A program made the position numbers and the translations under genes. Below, one piece after another: positions 27,076-37,470 of a stretch of 64,000 bases of DNA. The stretch is from an uncultured archaeon (GTDB lineage Archaea > Asgardarchaeota > Lokiarchaeia > Sigyniarchaeales > SOKP01). Numbering within the stretch: position 1 is the first letter of the stretch; each line of letters starts with the position of its first letter. The stretch covers positions 56,092 through 120,091 of the forward strand of contig CAZDTP010000003.1 of the NCBI GenBank assembly GCA_964508365.1, given 5' to 3'. The notes below the pieces were generated by a model. It saw only the letters and a program-made list of their open reading frames with translations, was not told where the DNA came from and ran no database searches.

Positions 27076-28041
27076 ATGTCAATTGATTTTGTATTTGTAG
27101 CTGCCATTTCATTAATTTTTGGTACTTTGTTCTTCATAATTGATTTTTATCAACGTACCCATCCTAAAATCAATATTTCCTTAATTGCAGGTATCTCTAT
27201 CTCTTATTTCTTCTTAGTACTCCTTCCAGAAATTGCTGAAAATATTCCCGTATTCCCATTTGAACTCACAATTTTTGAGTATTTATTTGTGTTAATTGGT
27301 TTTATATTTGTTCACACTTCTGAAAAATTAATTTTACAAAAGGTAGAGTCTAAGTCGCAAAAGAGAATGCGTAAATTAATTGAAAAAGAAAGAATTTTGG
27401 AAAGTGTTGAAGAAAATATCGAGAACATATTAACTAAAGAATTAGAAAAAGAGGATTTAGACGATATAGCTCTGAAGGATTTAGCCCAAACATTAGTTGA
27501 TTTAAAAAAAAAAGGTGGAGAGTTCATAGAGAAAATAAATCGCTATAAGGCTAAGATTCAAACACACATCAACGAAGATTTAAGCAATCTTCGTTTTTTC
27601 ACTAATTTTTCATATCATCTTCTTGTAGGGATTATTGTTGTAGGGTTATTAACTATTGATTTAGTTGGAGGGATATTATTTTTCCTTTTCGCCTGGTTTA
27701 GAGCAGTTATAACAAACAGATCAGAAAGCCATATCGTATTTACTGATCTGGAAATCTATGAAACATACGATATTGAAGATAATTTGGCCAGAAAATATGT
27801 TCTAGCTCTTTCAAATTTTTTAGGAGTTTTATTTGGATTATTTTTAGATTTAATAGGTTTTGAATACTCTGAGTTATTCTATGTTTTTTATTCTTTTATA
27901 TCAGGAGTTATTCTGTATACTATTGTAAGGGAAGTTCTACCCGAAAAAGAAAAAGGAAATCCATTATTTTTTCTCATTGGATTCTTTGGATTTACACTTG
28001 TAATCTTTATTATAAATATCTTCACAAGTATAATTTATTAA
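27076..28041 (+). CDS. ZIP-like membrane protein with ~90-aa coiled-coil cytoplasmic insertion
   Basis: IAGISISYFFLVLLPE and FISGVILYTIVREVLPE resemble ZIP TM motifs; central metal-binding motifs are degenerate. Confidence 0.55.
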   Translation: MSIDFVFVAAISLIFGTLFFIIDFYQRTHPKINISLIAGISISYFFLVLLPEIAENIPVFPFELTIFEYLFVLIGFIFVHTSEKLILQKVESKSQKRMRKLIEKERILESVEENIENILTKELEKEDLDDIALKDLAQTLVDLKKKGGEFIEKINRYKAKIQTHINEDLSNLRFFTNFSYHLLVGIIVVGLLTIDLVGGILFFLFAWFRAVITNRSESHIVFTDLEIYETYDIEDNLARKYVLALSNFLGVLFGLFLDLIGFEYSELFYVFYSFISGVILYTIVREVLPEKEKGNPLFFLIGFFGFTLVIFIINIFTSIIY

Positions 28042-28261
28042 GAAAAAACCTCATATTAATCCCTCTTATTAAAAATAAATAGTATGGAACCCGTTTTTTA
28101 TAATTAAAAAATAAATTGGATTTGTTCCTTATTTTTTGTAATTATTACATTATAAAATTTTAAAACTATTAAATATAAATTTATATTATCATTTAGTTAT
28201 GAACTATTTGGTAATGTGTATATAAAAAAAATAATAAAAAAGATTAAATTTAAGGAGCGAA

Positions 28262-28840
28262 ATGATGATTAAAAAGACCTTTAAGGAAATTTTAGGTATT
28301 GATGATGACGATTATAAGATCATTGAGATGATGGAAAAAAATCCATCCGTAACGCACAGTGACATAGCACGTGAAATCGATAAGTCTCAGCCGGCAGTAG
28401 GGGCAAGAATTATTAAATTAGAACGAAAACATTTACTTACAAAACAGGTTGGATTTAATATAAAAAAAGTTGATATTAAAGTTGCGATTGTTTTCGTGTC
28501 AACCAAAGATGTAGAAGTAATAGTAAAAAAAATAGAAAAGTGTCCTTTCATTAATCATGCATTCAAGATTTCTGGGGAATTTAATCTTTTGTGCTTTGTT
28601 GCTGCTTCAGATCTTCAAACAATTGAGAAATTAGTAGATTTATGTTTTAGAAAAGATTCGAATGTAATTAACGTAAAAACTAACATACTTATTGATTCCG
28701 TTCATGATTTCATCGTGCCCATTGATTTCCAAATCGAAAAGTTTGATTTTCTTTCAAATGTATGTGGTCCTGATTGTAATTTGAACGTAAATCTACCTAA
28801 GTATAAATTTGATACTGCTCAAGAAGAGGAAGAAGAATAG
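28262..28840 (+). CDS. Lrp/AsnC family transcription regulator
   Basis: IDDDDYKII...THSDIAREI..SQPAVGARIIKLE; RAM-like C-terminal domain. Confidence 0.85.
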   Translation: MMIKKTFKEILGIDDDDYKIIEMMEKNPSVTHSDIAREIDKSQPAVGARIIKLERKHLLTKQVGFNIKKVDIKVAIVFVSTKDVEVIVKKIEKCPFINHAFKISGEFNLLCFVAASDLQTIEKLVDLCFRKDSNVINVKTNILIDSVHDFIVPIDFQIEKFDFLSNVCGPDCNLNVNLPKYKFDTAQEEEEE

Positions 28841-28853
28841 AAAAAGGAAGTAT

Positions 28854-29411
28854 TTACTCTAATTTACTAGTTAATCCTTTCAGTTGAGCAATTTTGTATC
28901 TACATTTCTCCCCACAACCTTCTTCTAAAGTAGGATTATGTTCTTCGCTTGTGAAATCTATGGGTAATATAAAGTCCTTAGCAATTTCTGTTATCATATT
29001 CATCGAGACTGAAGTTACTTCAGGATCGCTTCTAAAGTGGTAATTTACTATGTTATCCAGTTTGGTAATATTAGAACTTGCGAGTAGAATACATATATTA
29101 TGGGAACCACTTAATCTAAATGCGTTCAACATGAATGGACAGAACCTAGCCATATCAAGAATCTCATTTGGGTGTTTTGTATTCAGTTCCACAGTTGCTA
29201 AGAAGAGATCTACCTTTTTAAAATTAATACCGGGTTGGAATTGTAGTATTCCTTCTTTTTCAAGCTTCTTTATTCTCATCCCAACAGTTGGCTGAGATCT
29301 ATTAATTTTTTCCGCAATTTGAGTATGAGTTAAGTTTGGATCTTCTTGTACTAATGTAATGATACGGCGATCGATATCATCAAGTTTTAATTTGTCTGAA
29401 ATCATATCCAT
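28854..29411 (-). CDS. Lrp/AsnC family transcription regulator (paralog)
   Basis: LDDIDRRII...THTQIAEKINRSQPTVGMRIKKLE. Confidence 0.87.
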   Translation of the reverse strand: MDMISDKLKLDDIDRRIITLVQEDPNLTHTQIAEKINRSQPTVGMRIKKLEKEGILQFQPGINFKKVDLFLATVELNTKHPNEILDMARFCPFMLNAFRLSGSHNICILLASSNITKLDNIVNYHFRSDPEVTSVSMNMITEIAKDFILPIDFTSEEHNPTLEEGCGEKCRYKIAQLKGLTSKLE

Positions 29412-29568
29412 TAATCAATTAAAATTTTAGTTCTTTTATCTAGATAATGACTTTTCACATTAAAAAGATACTTATATTTTATAAATTTTGAAAAAATTGT
29501 ACAAGATTAAAATGCGTATTACATTAATGGGCTAAGATGTGTTTAGACAAAAACTTACCTACTTAATC

Positions 29569-29808
29569 TCAATCAATGGTTAAAGCCCTCAACTTGCACG
29601 CAGTTGTACAAATATGACATTTTACGCAATGATCTTCTCGATCTTCTACAACAATGCTCCTAGGTTCAGATTCTTTATTTATAACTTTATAGATTCCTCT
29701 GAAACACGCATCTTCACAAAAAAAGCCTTCACATATCTTGCATTTATTTACATCAATATGGTGAAACTTGTAATTAACGATATTGGTTTGTTCGGGTGCA
29801 TCGCTCAT
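29569..29808 (-). CDS. Ferredoxin-like 4Fe-4S protein
   Basis: CKIC..FFCEDAC and CVKCHICTTAC. Confidence 0.8.
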   Translation of the reverse strand: MSDAPEQTNIVNYKFHHIDVNKCKICEGFFCEDACFRGIYKVINKESEPRSIVVEDREDHCVKCHICTTACKLRALTID

Positions 29809-29910
29809 TATTTTAGTTAAAATGCAACTCCTTTTATCTCTATAGTTTATATAATATAATGGAATTTATTAAAATCAATTTAAATTATTTTTAATTAAAT
29901 TAATTTTATT

Positions 29911-30594
29911 GTGAGTAGTTTTGGAATGCGTAACGCTAAGATTCCCCTCTTTGAAATCCCAAATCTCAAAAAAGGTACATTTTTACGGCGCCCTAATCGA
30001 TTTGTAAGTGAAATTGAATACAAGCATCAAATAAATACTGCTCACATTCATGATCCTGGAAGACTAAAAGAGTTATTAATCCAAGGAAAAGAAGTCCTTT
30101 TCACCGAATCTCGTGGGAAACTAGATTATTATATTAAAGCAGTAAAAATTCAAGATGATTGGATCTTAATTGACACTGCACTTCATTCTAAAATTGCTTT
30201 AAAAGTTTTTCCATGCATTAGTGAATTTTCAAATGTGAGGGAGATAAGGAAAGAAGTTAAAATTGGAAAGAGTCGAATAGACTTTGTATTAGATGGAGTT
30301 CCTTTAGAAGTAAAGGGAGTGACACTTGTCAAAGATAATTTAGCTTTATTTCCCGACGCGCCTACAGAGAGAGGGACTAGGCACGTACAAGAAATTATTG
30401 ACAATCATGGTATGCTTTTATTTTTAGTATTTCGTAAGGCGTCTAAGTTTAAGCCTAATTTCATTATGGACCCACAATTTTCGAATAAATTATCTGAAGC
30501 TAGAAAAAAAGGTGTAAAAATTTTTGTTATACAGCTTAGTTTTGATGGAAAAATAATATATTACAACGGTAGTATTCCTTTAGCAGATTTTTAG
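29911..30594 (+). CDS. sfsA: DNA/RNA nuclease SfsA
   Basis: RPNRF, HIHDPGRLKEL, SRIDF, EVKGVTL, FPDAPTERG.RH. Confidence 0.92.
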   Translation: MSSFGMRNAKIPLFEIPNLKKGTFLRRPNRFVSEIEYKHQINTAHIHDPGRLKELLIQGKEVLFTESRGKLDYYIKAVKIQDDWILIDTALHSKIALKVFPCISEFSNVREIRKEVKIGKSRIDFVLDGVPLEVKGVTLVKDNLALFPDAPTERGTRHVQEIIDNHGMLLFLVFRKASKFKPNFIMDPQFSNKLSEARKKGVKIFVIQLSFDGKIIYYNGSIPLADF

Positions 30595-30764
30595 GTTGCT
30601 ATTCTATCCGATTTATAAAATAAAAAAACACACAAATAACAAGCTGTTTTTTAATAGCAAACCTAAAAGAAATCTTGTATTTCATTAAACAGACTTTTAA
30701 ATTGTCTAAATTAGATTTAAAGAAATAAAGTTAAACCTAAATAAATTCAACAAGGAGAAATAAA

Positions 30765-31073
30765 ATGTCAGAAGTAAAAGAAAAATATGTAACATCTCCG
30801 GAAATTTGTGCATGGGCTGATGATGAACACGACAGTTACCACTTTGAAATTACAATGCCTGGTGTTGAAAAAGACACGATCAAACTCAAAATCCACGAGG
30901 ATTCATTTCTCGTGAAGGGTGAAACAGACGGTACAATCTATGTAGGCTCTTATGCTATTTGTTGTCCTGTTAAGGCTAAAGAATCAAAAGCTACTTATAA
31001 AAATGGAATATTAAAAGTCGATGTACCATTTAAAGATCCAATGGAAGATGCCATTGAGGTTAATATCGAATAA
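30765..31073 (+). CDS. Small heat-shock protein (Hsp20/alpha-crystallin)
   Basis: EITMPGVEKDTI, ATYKNGILKV. Confidence 0.82.
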   Translation: MSEVKEKYVTSPEICAWADDEHDSYHFEITMPGVEKDTIKLKIHEDSFLVKGETDGTIYVGSYAICCPVKAKESKATYKNGILKVDVPFKDPMEDAIEVNIE

Positions 31074-31179
31074 ATTTCTTTTTTTTCCTACTTTTTTGGA
31101 TTTAAAATGAGTTAACTGATTAAGGATTTAAAATCTAAGTTATTTTAGATTATTGAAAATAGTTTGAATTTGGTTAATG

Positions 31180-31476
31180 TCATTTTTTCTTCTTCTTTTT
31201 ACGTTTTTTATCCCGTTTTTCCGGCTCTGGAGTGATATCAACGTCAACTTCTGCGATAATGAACGCCAGTAGAATAGGTCCCGCGTTAGAATAGCGGGGA
31301 TCAGAAAAAGCACTAAATTTAATATCTTTTAATTTAAAGTTCTTATCGCTTTGTTTTAAGATCATTAGGTTTTTATTAACCTTTTGAGTAAATTCTGATG
31401 GATCTTCGAACGTCCCTCCGACGGCAAAAACTTGATCCATTCTTATAATTTGGTGAATTGGAGTTTCTTCTTCCAT
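31180..31476 (-). CDS. Hypothetical protein with poly-Lys tail
   Basis: Intact ORF between Hsp20 and trxB. Confidence 0.5.
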   Translation of the reverse strand: MEEETPIHQIIRMDQVFAVGGTFEDPSEFTQKVNKNLMILKQSDKNFKLKDIKFSAFSDPRYSNAGPILLAFIIAEVDVDITPEPEKRDKKRKKKKKK

Positions 31477-31591
31477 ATTTTTTTACCGATTATTTACTTC
31501 TTTTAATAAAAATTAAAATTCTTTGTTTTATAATTATTAGCCTTTTTTCACAATATTCAAAAAATAACCAATTAAGTGAATCCTAACCAAG

Positions 31592-32536
31592 CTAATATTC
31601 TATATTCATTTCTTTAATAAAATCGAAGGCTGAATATGCCGCTATAACGCCTTCTGATACTCCAGTAATCGCCTGCTTAAATGGTGCGTCTGCGACATCG
31701 CCAGCTGCGAATACACCCGGTATATTTGTTTCCGACTTTCTATTGATAATAATTTCATCCTTTTCATTCGTTCTTATGCCTATATGTTTTGCAAGATCTG
31801 AGTTAGGTATAGACCCTACTTCGATAAAAACACCATCTATTTCAAATTCTTTGCCATTATCGAAAATTACTGATTTTACCGTATTATCTCCTTTAATTTC
31901 TGTGACATTGGTTTTATATATGATTTCAATTTTTTGATTCTCCTCTACTCTTTTCTTATTAATTGGTTCTGCCCGTATTTCTTCCCCCCGATATATTATA
32001 TAAACCTTTTTTACATTTTGAGATAAAAATAACGCTTCCTTGGCTGCAGAATCACTTCCGCCAATCACACATACCGTTTTATCTTTGTAAAATGGACCGT
32101 CACATGTAGCGCAATAAGAAACACCCCTTCCAGCAAATTCCAGTTCTCCTGGGATTCCTAACTTCTTCCTTTCAGATCCTGTGGCGATAACCACACTCTT
32201 CGCTTTAAATTTTTGAAAAAACGAATACAGAATGAAGTGATCACTTGCTTGCTCTATATTTCTAATTTCGTCTGTTATGTAAGGAATACATAAAGAATTC
32301 ATGTGTTCTTTAAACATTTCCATTAAACCTTGACCACTCGTAGAGGTGACTCCAGGATAATTTTCTACAAGATGAGTTGTGGCAATCAAACCTCCGAAAA
32401 TTTTCCCTATGACTAAAACATCCAATGCAAATCGAGCAGCATAGATTGCGCAACCTATCGCAGTTGGTCCACCACCTAAAACAATAAGATCGTACCTCTT
32501 TTCTAGATCAATGTCTTCCATATCAATATTATACAT
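31592..32536 (-). CDS. trxB: Thioredoxin-disulfide reductase
   Basis: GGGPTA, ATGS, GVSYCATCD, GGSDSA, FAAGD. Confidence 0.93.
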   Translation of the reverse strand: MYNIDMEDIDLEKRYDLIVLGGGPTAIGCAIYAARFALDVLVIGKIFGGLIATTHLVENYPGVTSTSGQGLMEMFKEHMNSLCIPYITDEIRNIEQASDHFILYSFFQKFKAKSVVIATGSERKKLGIPGELEFAGRGVSYCATCDGPFYKDKTVCVIGGSDSAAKEALFLSQNVKKVYIIYRGEEIRAEPINKKRVEENQKIEIIYKTNVTEIKGDNTVKSVIFDNGKEFEIDGVFIEVGSIPNSDLAKHIGIRTNEKDEIIINRKSETNIPGVFAAGDVADAPFKQAITGVSEGVIAAYSAFDFIKEMNIEY

Positions 32537-32606
32537 TCTTAAATCCTTCTTTTATGTAATATCTAATAACTAATTGTAAGGTATTGATTTTTAAATGTAA
32601 TTTAAT

Positions 32607-33290
32607 TTAGTATTGTACTTTAATGTTTCCTCCGATAAGTGCTCCTAGTATTTCATTCGCCCCAACCATACCAACTAAAGTTTTCTTATCGTTTATAATC
32701 GTATAAGGCACTCCCGAAGCATCATAGAATTGTCCAATATCTGGATTCGCCAGAATATCAACGATCACGGTTCTAATCTTTCCTTCAGATGCAAGTGCAA
32801 ATTGAGAGGCTGTAGATACAACACTAGGACAATATGGGCACATCTCTGTTATCATTACTTTGATAGTTGATGGTTGAATACGATCAAGATTTTGTTTTAT
32901 TGTTGCTTCGTAATAATTCGGCGCTCCCGCAAATGTAAATAATGATTGAACAAACGGTTGGATTTCGCCACCTCTTGGTGCTGCTAAATAGCGTATTATT
33001 TCTCTTCCGTCGTCATTAATAAATAAAATGGTTGGTACCCGCTGAATATCATAACTCTTTACGAATTCGGGATTATTATCTATTGATAGTTCTTCTATCG
33101 TTAACATCCCATTCGAGTTTTCTTCATAGATTCTTAAGAGTGCCATGAATTGCCCACAATCCATACAAGCTCTTATTTTACTCCCATCTGCTTCTGTTCT
33201 TTGCGATGTGAAAATCTTTAGCCTTGCAGGTTTAGTGAGTTTCGCCATCTCTTTTTTAATAATTTCCTTATATTTATCATCCTGAGACAA
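32607..33290 (-). CDS. Protein disulfide oxidoreductase (two Trx folds; PDO/AhpF-NTD-like)
   Basis: CMDC and CPYC motifs; VPT, GVP cis-Pro loops. Confidence 0.85.
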   Translation of the reverse strand: MSQDDKYKEIIKKEMAKLTKPARLKIFTSQRTEADGSKIRACMDCGQFMALLRIYEENSNGMLTIEELSIDNNPEFVKSYDIQRVPTILFINDDGREIIRYLAAPRGGEIQPFVQSLFTFAGAPNYYEATIKQNLDRIQPSTIKVMITEMCPYCPSVVSTASQFALASEGKIRTVIVDILANPDIGQFYDASGVPYTIINDKKTLVGMVGANEILGALIGGNIKVQY

Positions 33291-33316
33291 ATTTAAAACA
33301 CCTCTTAGTATACAGA

Positions 33317-34009
33317 TTATGCGTACATTCCTCCAAAATCTCTTTGACCTTTTGTTAATTTATCTAACAAATCTTGTGGAGTAAACATCCCAACAATTCT
33401 TTCACTCTCGTTTACGACTGTTAGTGGAACACCTTGAACATCATACTTTTTTGCGATGTCAGGATTTAAGCTAACATCGATAACTTCTGCTGTAATCTTC
33501 CCTTTAGAAACTATAGCAAATAATGTTAAAACTGGAACGGTCGCAGGACAATAAGGACAAGTTGGGGTTATAAAAATCTTCATCTCTGATTTATCGATTT
33601 TTTTGAGATGAGTAAGGATTTGATCAGCATAATAAGGTCTTATGCCTGAAAAATATTGAATTGAATTTAGAAAGGGTACAAATTCAGAACCGGTGGGGTG
33701 TGCTGAGTATCGGATAATTTCCTTACCGTCATCAGTAACGAATAAAATCGCCGGAATTCGGGTAACATTGTATTTTTTTGCTTCTTCTGGATTTTCTTCA
33801 ATAGATATCTCTTCGACACCCAACTTCCCGTTTGATAGTTCCTCAAGCGTTTTTAATAAATTATAAGCACCCTCACATGCCATACACACCCTAATTCTTG
33901 AGCCGTCTTCTTGAGTTTTAAAATCGGTAAACAATTTCAACACCACTTTGTCTTTTAATTTATTCATTTCTCTCTTAACATTATCAAGTTCATTTTGGGA
34001 AAATAACAT
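33317..34009 (-). CDS. Protein disulfide oxidoreductase paralog
   Basis: CMAC and CPYC motifs; RIPA, GVP. Confidence 0.85.
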   Translation of the reverse strand: MLFSQNELDNVKREMNKLKDKVVLKLFTDFKTQEDGSRIRVCMACEGAYNLLKTLEELSNGKLGVEEISIEENPEEAKKYNVTRIPAILFVTDDGKEIIRYSAHPTGSEFVPFLNSIQYFSGIRPYYADQILTHLKKIDKSEMKIFITPTCPYCPATVPVLTLFAIVSKGKITAEVIDVSLNPDIAKKYDVQGVPLTVVNESERIVGMFTPQDLLDKLTKGQRDFGGMYA

Positions 34010-34061
34010 TATATCACCATTTAAATTTCATTCTATTGTGGATATTTTTATGTTTAACGAA

Positions 34062-35048
34062 TTAAGTATTTTTTGTTAATAGTTCTTCTCTTCTACGACG
34101 GTAATACAGAATGGGATAATCACCCTGAATAAGTTTTTCACCCATTTTTAATTGAGTTTTAATTGGTTGTTGTGTTAAAACAACACATCTATCCTGATGG
34201 AGGATAATGAAATTAAATTTATTGGCTAGCCAATTAACAAATGATTTTAAAATGGGGATTCTTAGAAATTTTTGATAGAATCTCATGTAAAACTTTGTAT
34301 GTGTCTCATCTATCGGAACGAAAGCTATAAATATCCGAACATTATTCCCAAGGTAATTCTGCCATATATGTGGAAATTTAAACTGAAGATGGAAAAATTT
34401 CATTTCATCAGTAAATTCTTCAGGTTTTAAAGGTCTGGTCTTTCCATCATCCTTTTGGTTATAAACCCAAATTATAAACTCATTTCCGTCTTCGGAAGGC
34501 TCAACCAATGGTCCATGAACAAGTGTTTGATAACCTCGACCAATTGTATTATGATGGACATAAGGTAAATGAATTACATCCAATTGATTTTCTATTGCCC
34601 GAGAATAATGAACTGGCCATACTTCTGTATGAGTTTTATATGAGAATTTTTTATCAATATCTTGGAAAAAGGGTACTGGAGGATATTTCGGTTGATGTTC
34701 TCCCCACCATATCCATATAAAATCATGTTTTTCTTTAGTAGGATAAGCTATAACTTTAAAGCGCTCTGGCACCGGAGTGTTTTTGCCATTTGCAGGTATT
34801 ATAGTACATTTTCCTGTCTCATCATACCTTAAACCATGGAATGGACATTCTACCTTTTCTCCATTATCGCATATTTTTCCTATACTAAGCGCCGCACCTC
34901 GATGAGCACATTTATCTTTTAAACATATAACATCTCCATTTTTCTTACGCCAGAAAACTAACTTTTCTCCAAGCCTTGTAACTCCAATTAGTTTGCCTTT
35001 TGGAACTTCTTTAGATTCTAATACTGCATACCATTGATTCCTAATCAT
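34062..35048 (-). CDS. Rieske non-heme iron oxygenase alpha subunit
   Basis: CAH...CPFH Rieske ligands; ENQLDVIHLPYVHH mononuclear Fe motif; HQDR. Confidence 0.9.
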   Translation of the reverse strand: MIRNQWYAVLESKEVPKGKLIGVTRLGEKLVFWRKKNGDVICLKDKCAHRGAALSIGKICDNGEKVECPFHGLRYDETGKCTIIPANGKNTPVPERFKVIAYPTKEKHDFIWIWWGEHQPKYPPVPFFQDIDKKFSYKTHTEVWPVHYSRAIENQLDVIHLPYVHHNTIGRGYQTLVHGPLVEPSEDGNEFIIWVYNQKDDGKTRPLKPEEFTDEMKFFHLQFKFPHIWQNYLGNNVRIFIAFVPIDETHTKFYMRFYQKFLRIPILKSFVNWLANKFNFIILHQDRCVVLTQQPIKTQLKMGEKLIQGDYPILYYRRRREELLTKNT

Positions 35049-35277
35049 ATTTAATCGATAGCAAAAATTTAACTGAATTTAAGATTTTGTGTTTAATAAT
35101 TTATAAATTGATTTATTTAAATCCTCGATCTATTAAATTAGTAAACATATGTTTAAATATACTATTTTTAATTTTAACCAATATTTATTATCGGAGAAAT
35201 TCTCTCGATAAAGTTAAGATAAATGAAATCGAAAAGGATTATTGCAAAATTCTATTTATGATTAATCAAATGTTTTC

Positions 35278-36276
35278 TTATTCTGTTAGTAACTCACACA
35301 TACCTATGAGTTTGTATTTAGTTCTTTGCTTTTTCCCAAAGAATTTTAAAATCCAATACGCATCAGGGCAATAGGTGGTGATATAGGTATCGTTATCTGC
35401 AATTTCTGAATTATAATATTCATTATCCTTAAACTCTTTCATTCTCTTAGTCGCAATCATTTCAGAGATATCTGTTCGTAATTGATGACCAACGCCTCCT
35501 CCACAACAATTATGTGGGATAAGTAGAACATGATATCCACTAGCTTCGTATAACTGTTTTAACTCTTTTTCTATACTTGGAAATACGACATATTTTAAAG
35601 GACAAGCGTGTTGAATTATTAGATTTCCTTTATTTTTTCTTACTCGTGGTGTTAAATATTCCGTAAAATATTCTATTTTAATATCTAAATCTTGGTAGTG
35701 TTTTTTTAATACCATGTAACAACTTGGACAGACAGTTATGATTTTTTCAAATCCTTTTTCTATAAAAAGTTTTTTATTTCTCTCAATTAGAAGATCGTAA
35801 GTATCTAATTCTCCAGTACATAAAATTGGATAACCACAGCATATTTCCTTTTCTAAGACATTAAAGTCTACATTTTTACTAAGCAAATATTTTGCGATGC
35901 TTAAGCCATATTTTGGAGTTTTAACGGTAGTAAAACAACCAAAATATAAAAGAGTCTTACTTTTTACATTAATACCTTCTATACTCTTAATGCGACTCTT
36001 ATTTAACTTAAATGGCGTTCCGAGTTTTTTAAGAGCTTCAATTTGTTCGTTTAGACCTTCAATTTTATTTCCATCCCGTAAGAATTTTTGCTTTAATAGA
36101 AAACGCTCGTTGTGTGTACCACAAGCTCCACAATGAACGCAATTATATAACCTAAGATAGTCTCCTTGATTGAACTTATAATCATCCTTAGTTTCTAATA
36201 ATTTTATTACTTCTTCGTTTGTAACGAAATTATCTGGATCGACATCCCTACAAGGACAATTATAATCTTCGTTCAT
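35278..36276 (-). CDS. CCG-domain Fe-S oxidoreductase (HdrB/HdrD-like)
   Basis: CVHCGAC; YFGC, EICCG, TVCPSC, QHAC, HNCCGG, TYCP. Confidence 0.78.
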   Translation of the reverse strand: MNEDYNCPCRDVDPDNFVTNEEVIKLLETKDDYKFNQGDYLRLYNCVHCGACGTHNERFLLKQKFLRDGNKIEGLNEQIEALKKLGTPFKLNKSRIKSIEGINVKSKTLLYFGCFTTVKTPKYGLSIAKYLLSKNVDFNVLEKEICCGYPILCTGELDTYDLLIERNKKLFIEKGFEKIITVCPSCYMVLKKHYQDLDIKIEYFTEYLTPRVRKNKGNLIIQHACPLKYVVFPSIEKELKQLYEASGYHVLLIPHNCCGGGVGHQLRTDISEMIATKRMKEFKDNEYYNSEIADNDTYITTYCPDAYWILKFFGKKQRTKYKLIGMCELLTE

Positions 36277-36285
36277 TTTACAATT

Positions 36286-37278
36286 TTATATCAGTAATTC
36301 AAATATATCCTTAGCTTTTGGATTTATTTTGCATAATTTGCTATACCTTTTTAAAATCCACCAACAACTCGGACAGTATGTCGTCGAATAATCACCTCCA
36401 GCTGTATCGAAATCGCTCATTCGTTTATTTGCAACTTTATCGATCACATCAGTTCGATGCATATAACCAAGACCACCACCGCAACACCAATGAGGTATAT
36501 CTATGACTTCATATCCACTTTTTTCTAAAATGTTATTTACCAGTTTATCAACCCCCTTCTTGCCACGGTTCATTAGTTGGCAAAGATGTTGCACTCCTAC
36601 CTTTCCCGATTTTTTTATATCAGAGGGCTTCAAATAATCAGATATATATTTAAATTCAGTATTCGATTTCATTGAAGGTTTATAATATTTATTAAAAAGA
36701 AAATAGCACGCAGGGCATAAACAGATTATTTTCTTATATTTATTAAAAATTTCAATATTTTCATTCGTACATATTTCAAATTCTTCAGTACAACCGGACG
36801 CAAACCAAGGCCAACCACAACATATTTCCTTATCAAGGATTGTAAAATCGTTTTTATGTTTAAGTAAATATTCAAGTGAATGTTCTGTGTATCTTGGGAT
36901 CCGAATTGTAGAAAGACAACCCATAAAAAATAGCGTGTCAGATTCAGCAGGAATTCCTTCAGGTCTTCTAATTCGCATCTTATTCGAAGGATAGGGGCTG
37001 CGATATTTACGGAAACATTCTATCATGTCATCAAGACCTTCAACGACATTACCATCATCAAGAAATTTTCGCTTTAAGAGTATGCGTTCCTCTTCTGTTT
37101 CGCATTCACCACAATGTACGCAATTGTAAAGCTCATAATAGTCATCTTGTTTAAATTTAATTTTATTCTGGTTTTTGATTAAATTTCTGATATCATCATC
37201 GCTTAAATAGTTTCCTGGGTCAACTTCGTCAGTAGGAAAATTTTTTCTACCTTTAATTCTTTCCCTCAAGGTATTCAC
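36286..37278 (-). CDS. CCG-domain Fe-S oxidoreductase paralog
   Basis: CVHCGEC; FMGC, EICCG, CLCPAC, QHLC, HWCCGG, TYCPSC. Confidence 0.78.
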   Translation of the reverse strand: MNTLRERIKGRKNFPTDEVDPGNYLSDDDIRNLIKNQNKIKFKQDDYYELYNCVHCGECETEEERILLKRKFLDDGNVVEGLDDMIECFRKYRSPYPSNKMRIRRPEGIPAESDTLFFMGCLSTIRIPRYTEHSLEYLLKHKNDFTILDKEICCGWPWFASGCTEEFEICTNENIEIFNKYKKIICLCPACYFLFNKYYKPSMKSNTEFKYISDYLKPSDIKKSGKVGVQHLCQLMNRGKKGVDKLVNNILEKSGYEVIDIPHWCCGGGLGYMHRTDVIDKVANKRMSDFDTAGGDYSTTYCPSCWWILKRYSKLCKINPKAKDIFELLI

Positions 37279-37470
37279 CTAAGGTTTGAAATTGAGAATC
37301 TTTATTAAAAATTTGGTTTAAAAATTAAATACTATTACATAAATGAAATTTATTCAGATTTTAAAGACTATTCCAAATTCATAATGAATTTTTTATACAA
37401 AAACTAATTCAAAATCTTAAATAATTCAAATATATTAAAAAAAAAGCCATTGAAATCAAAAGTTATTTCT

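Noticed and set aside
35087-35374. 95-aa plus-strand ORF
   Set aside because: Overlaps the convergent CCG gene end and an AT-rich promoter region; composition not protein-like.
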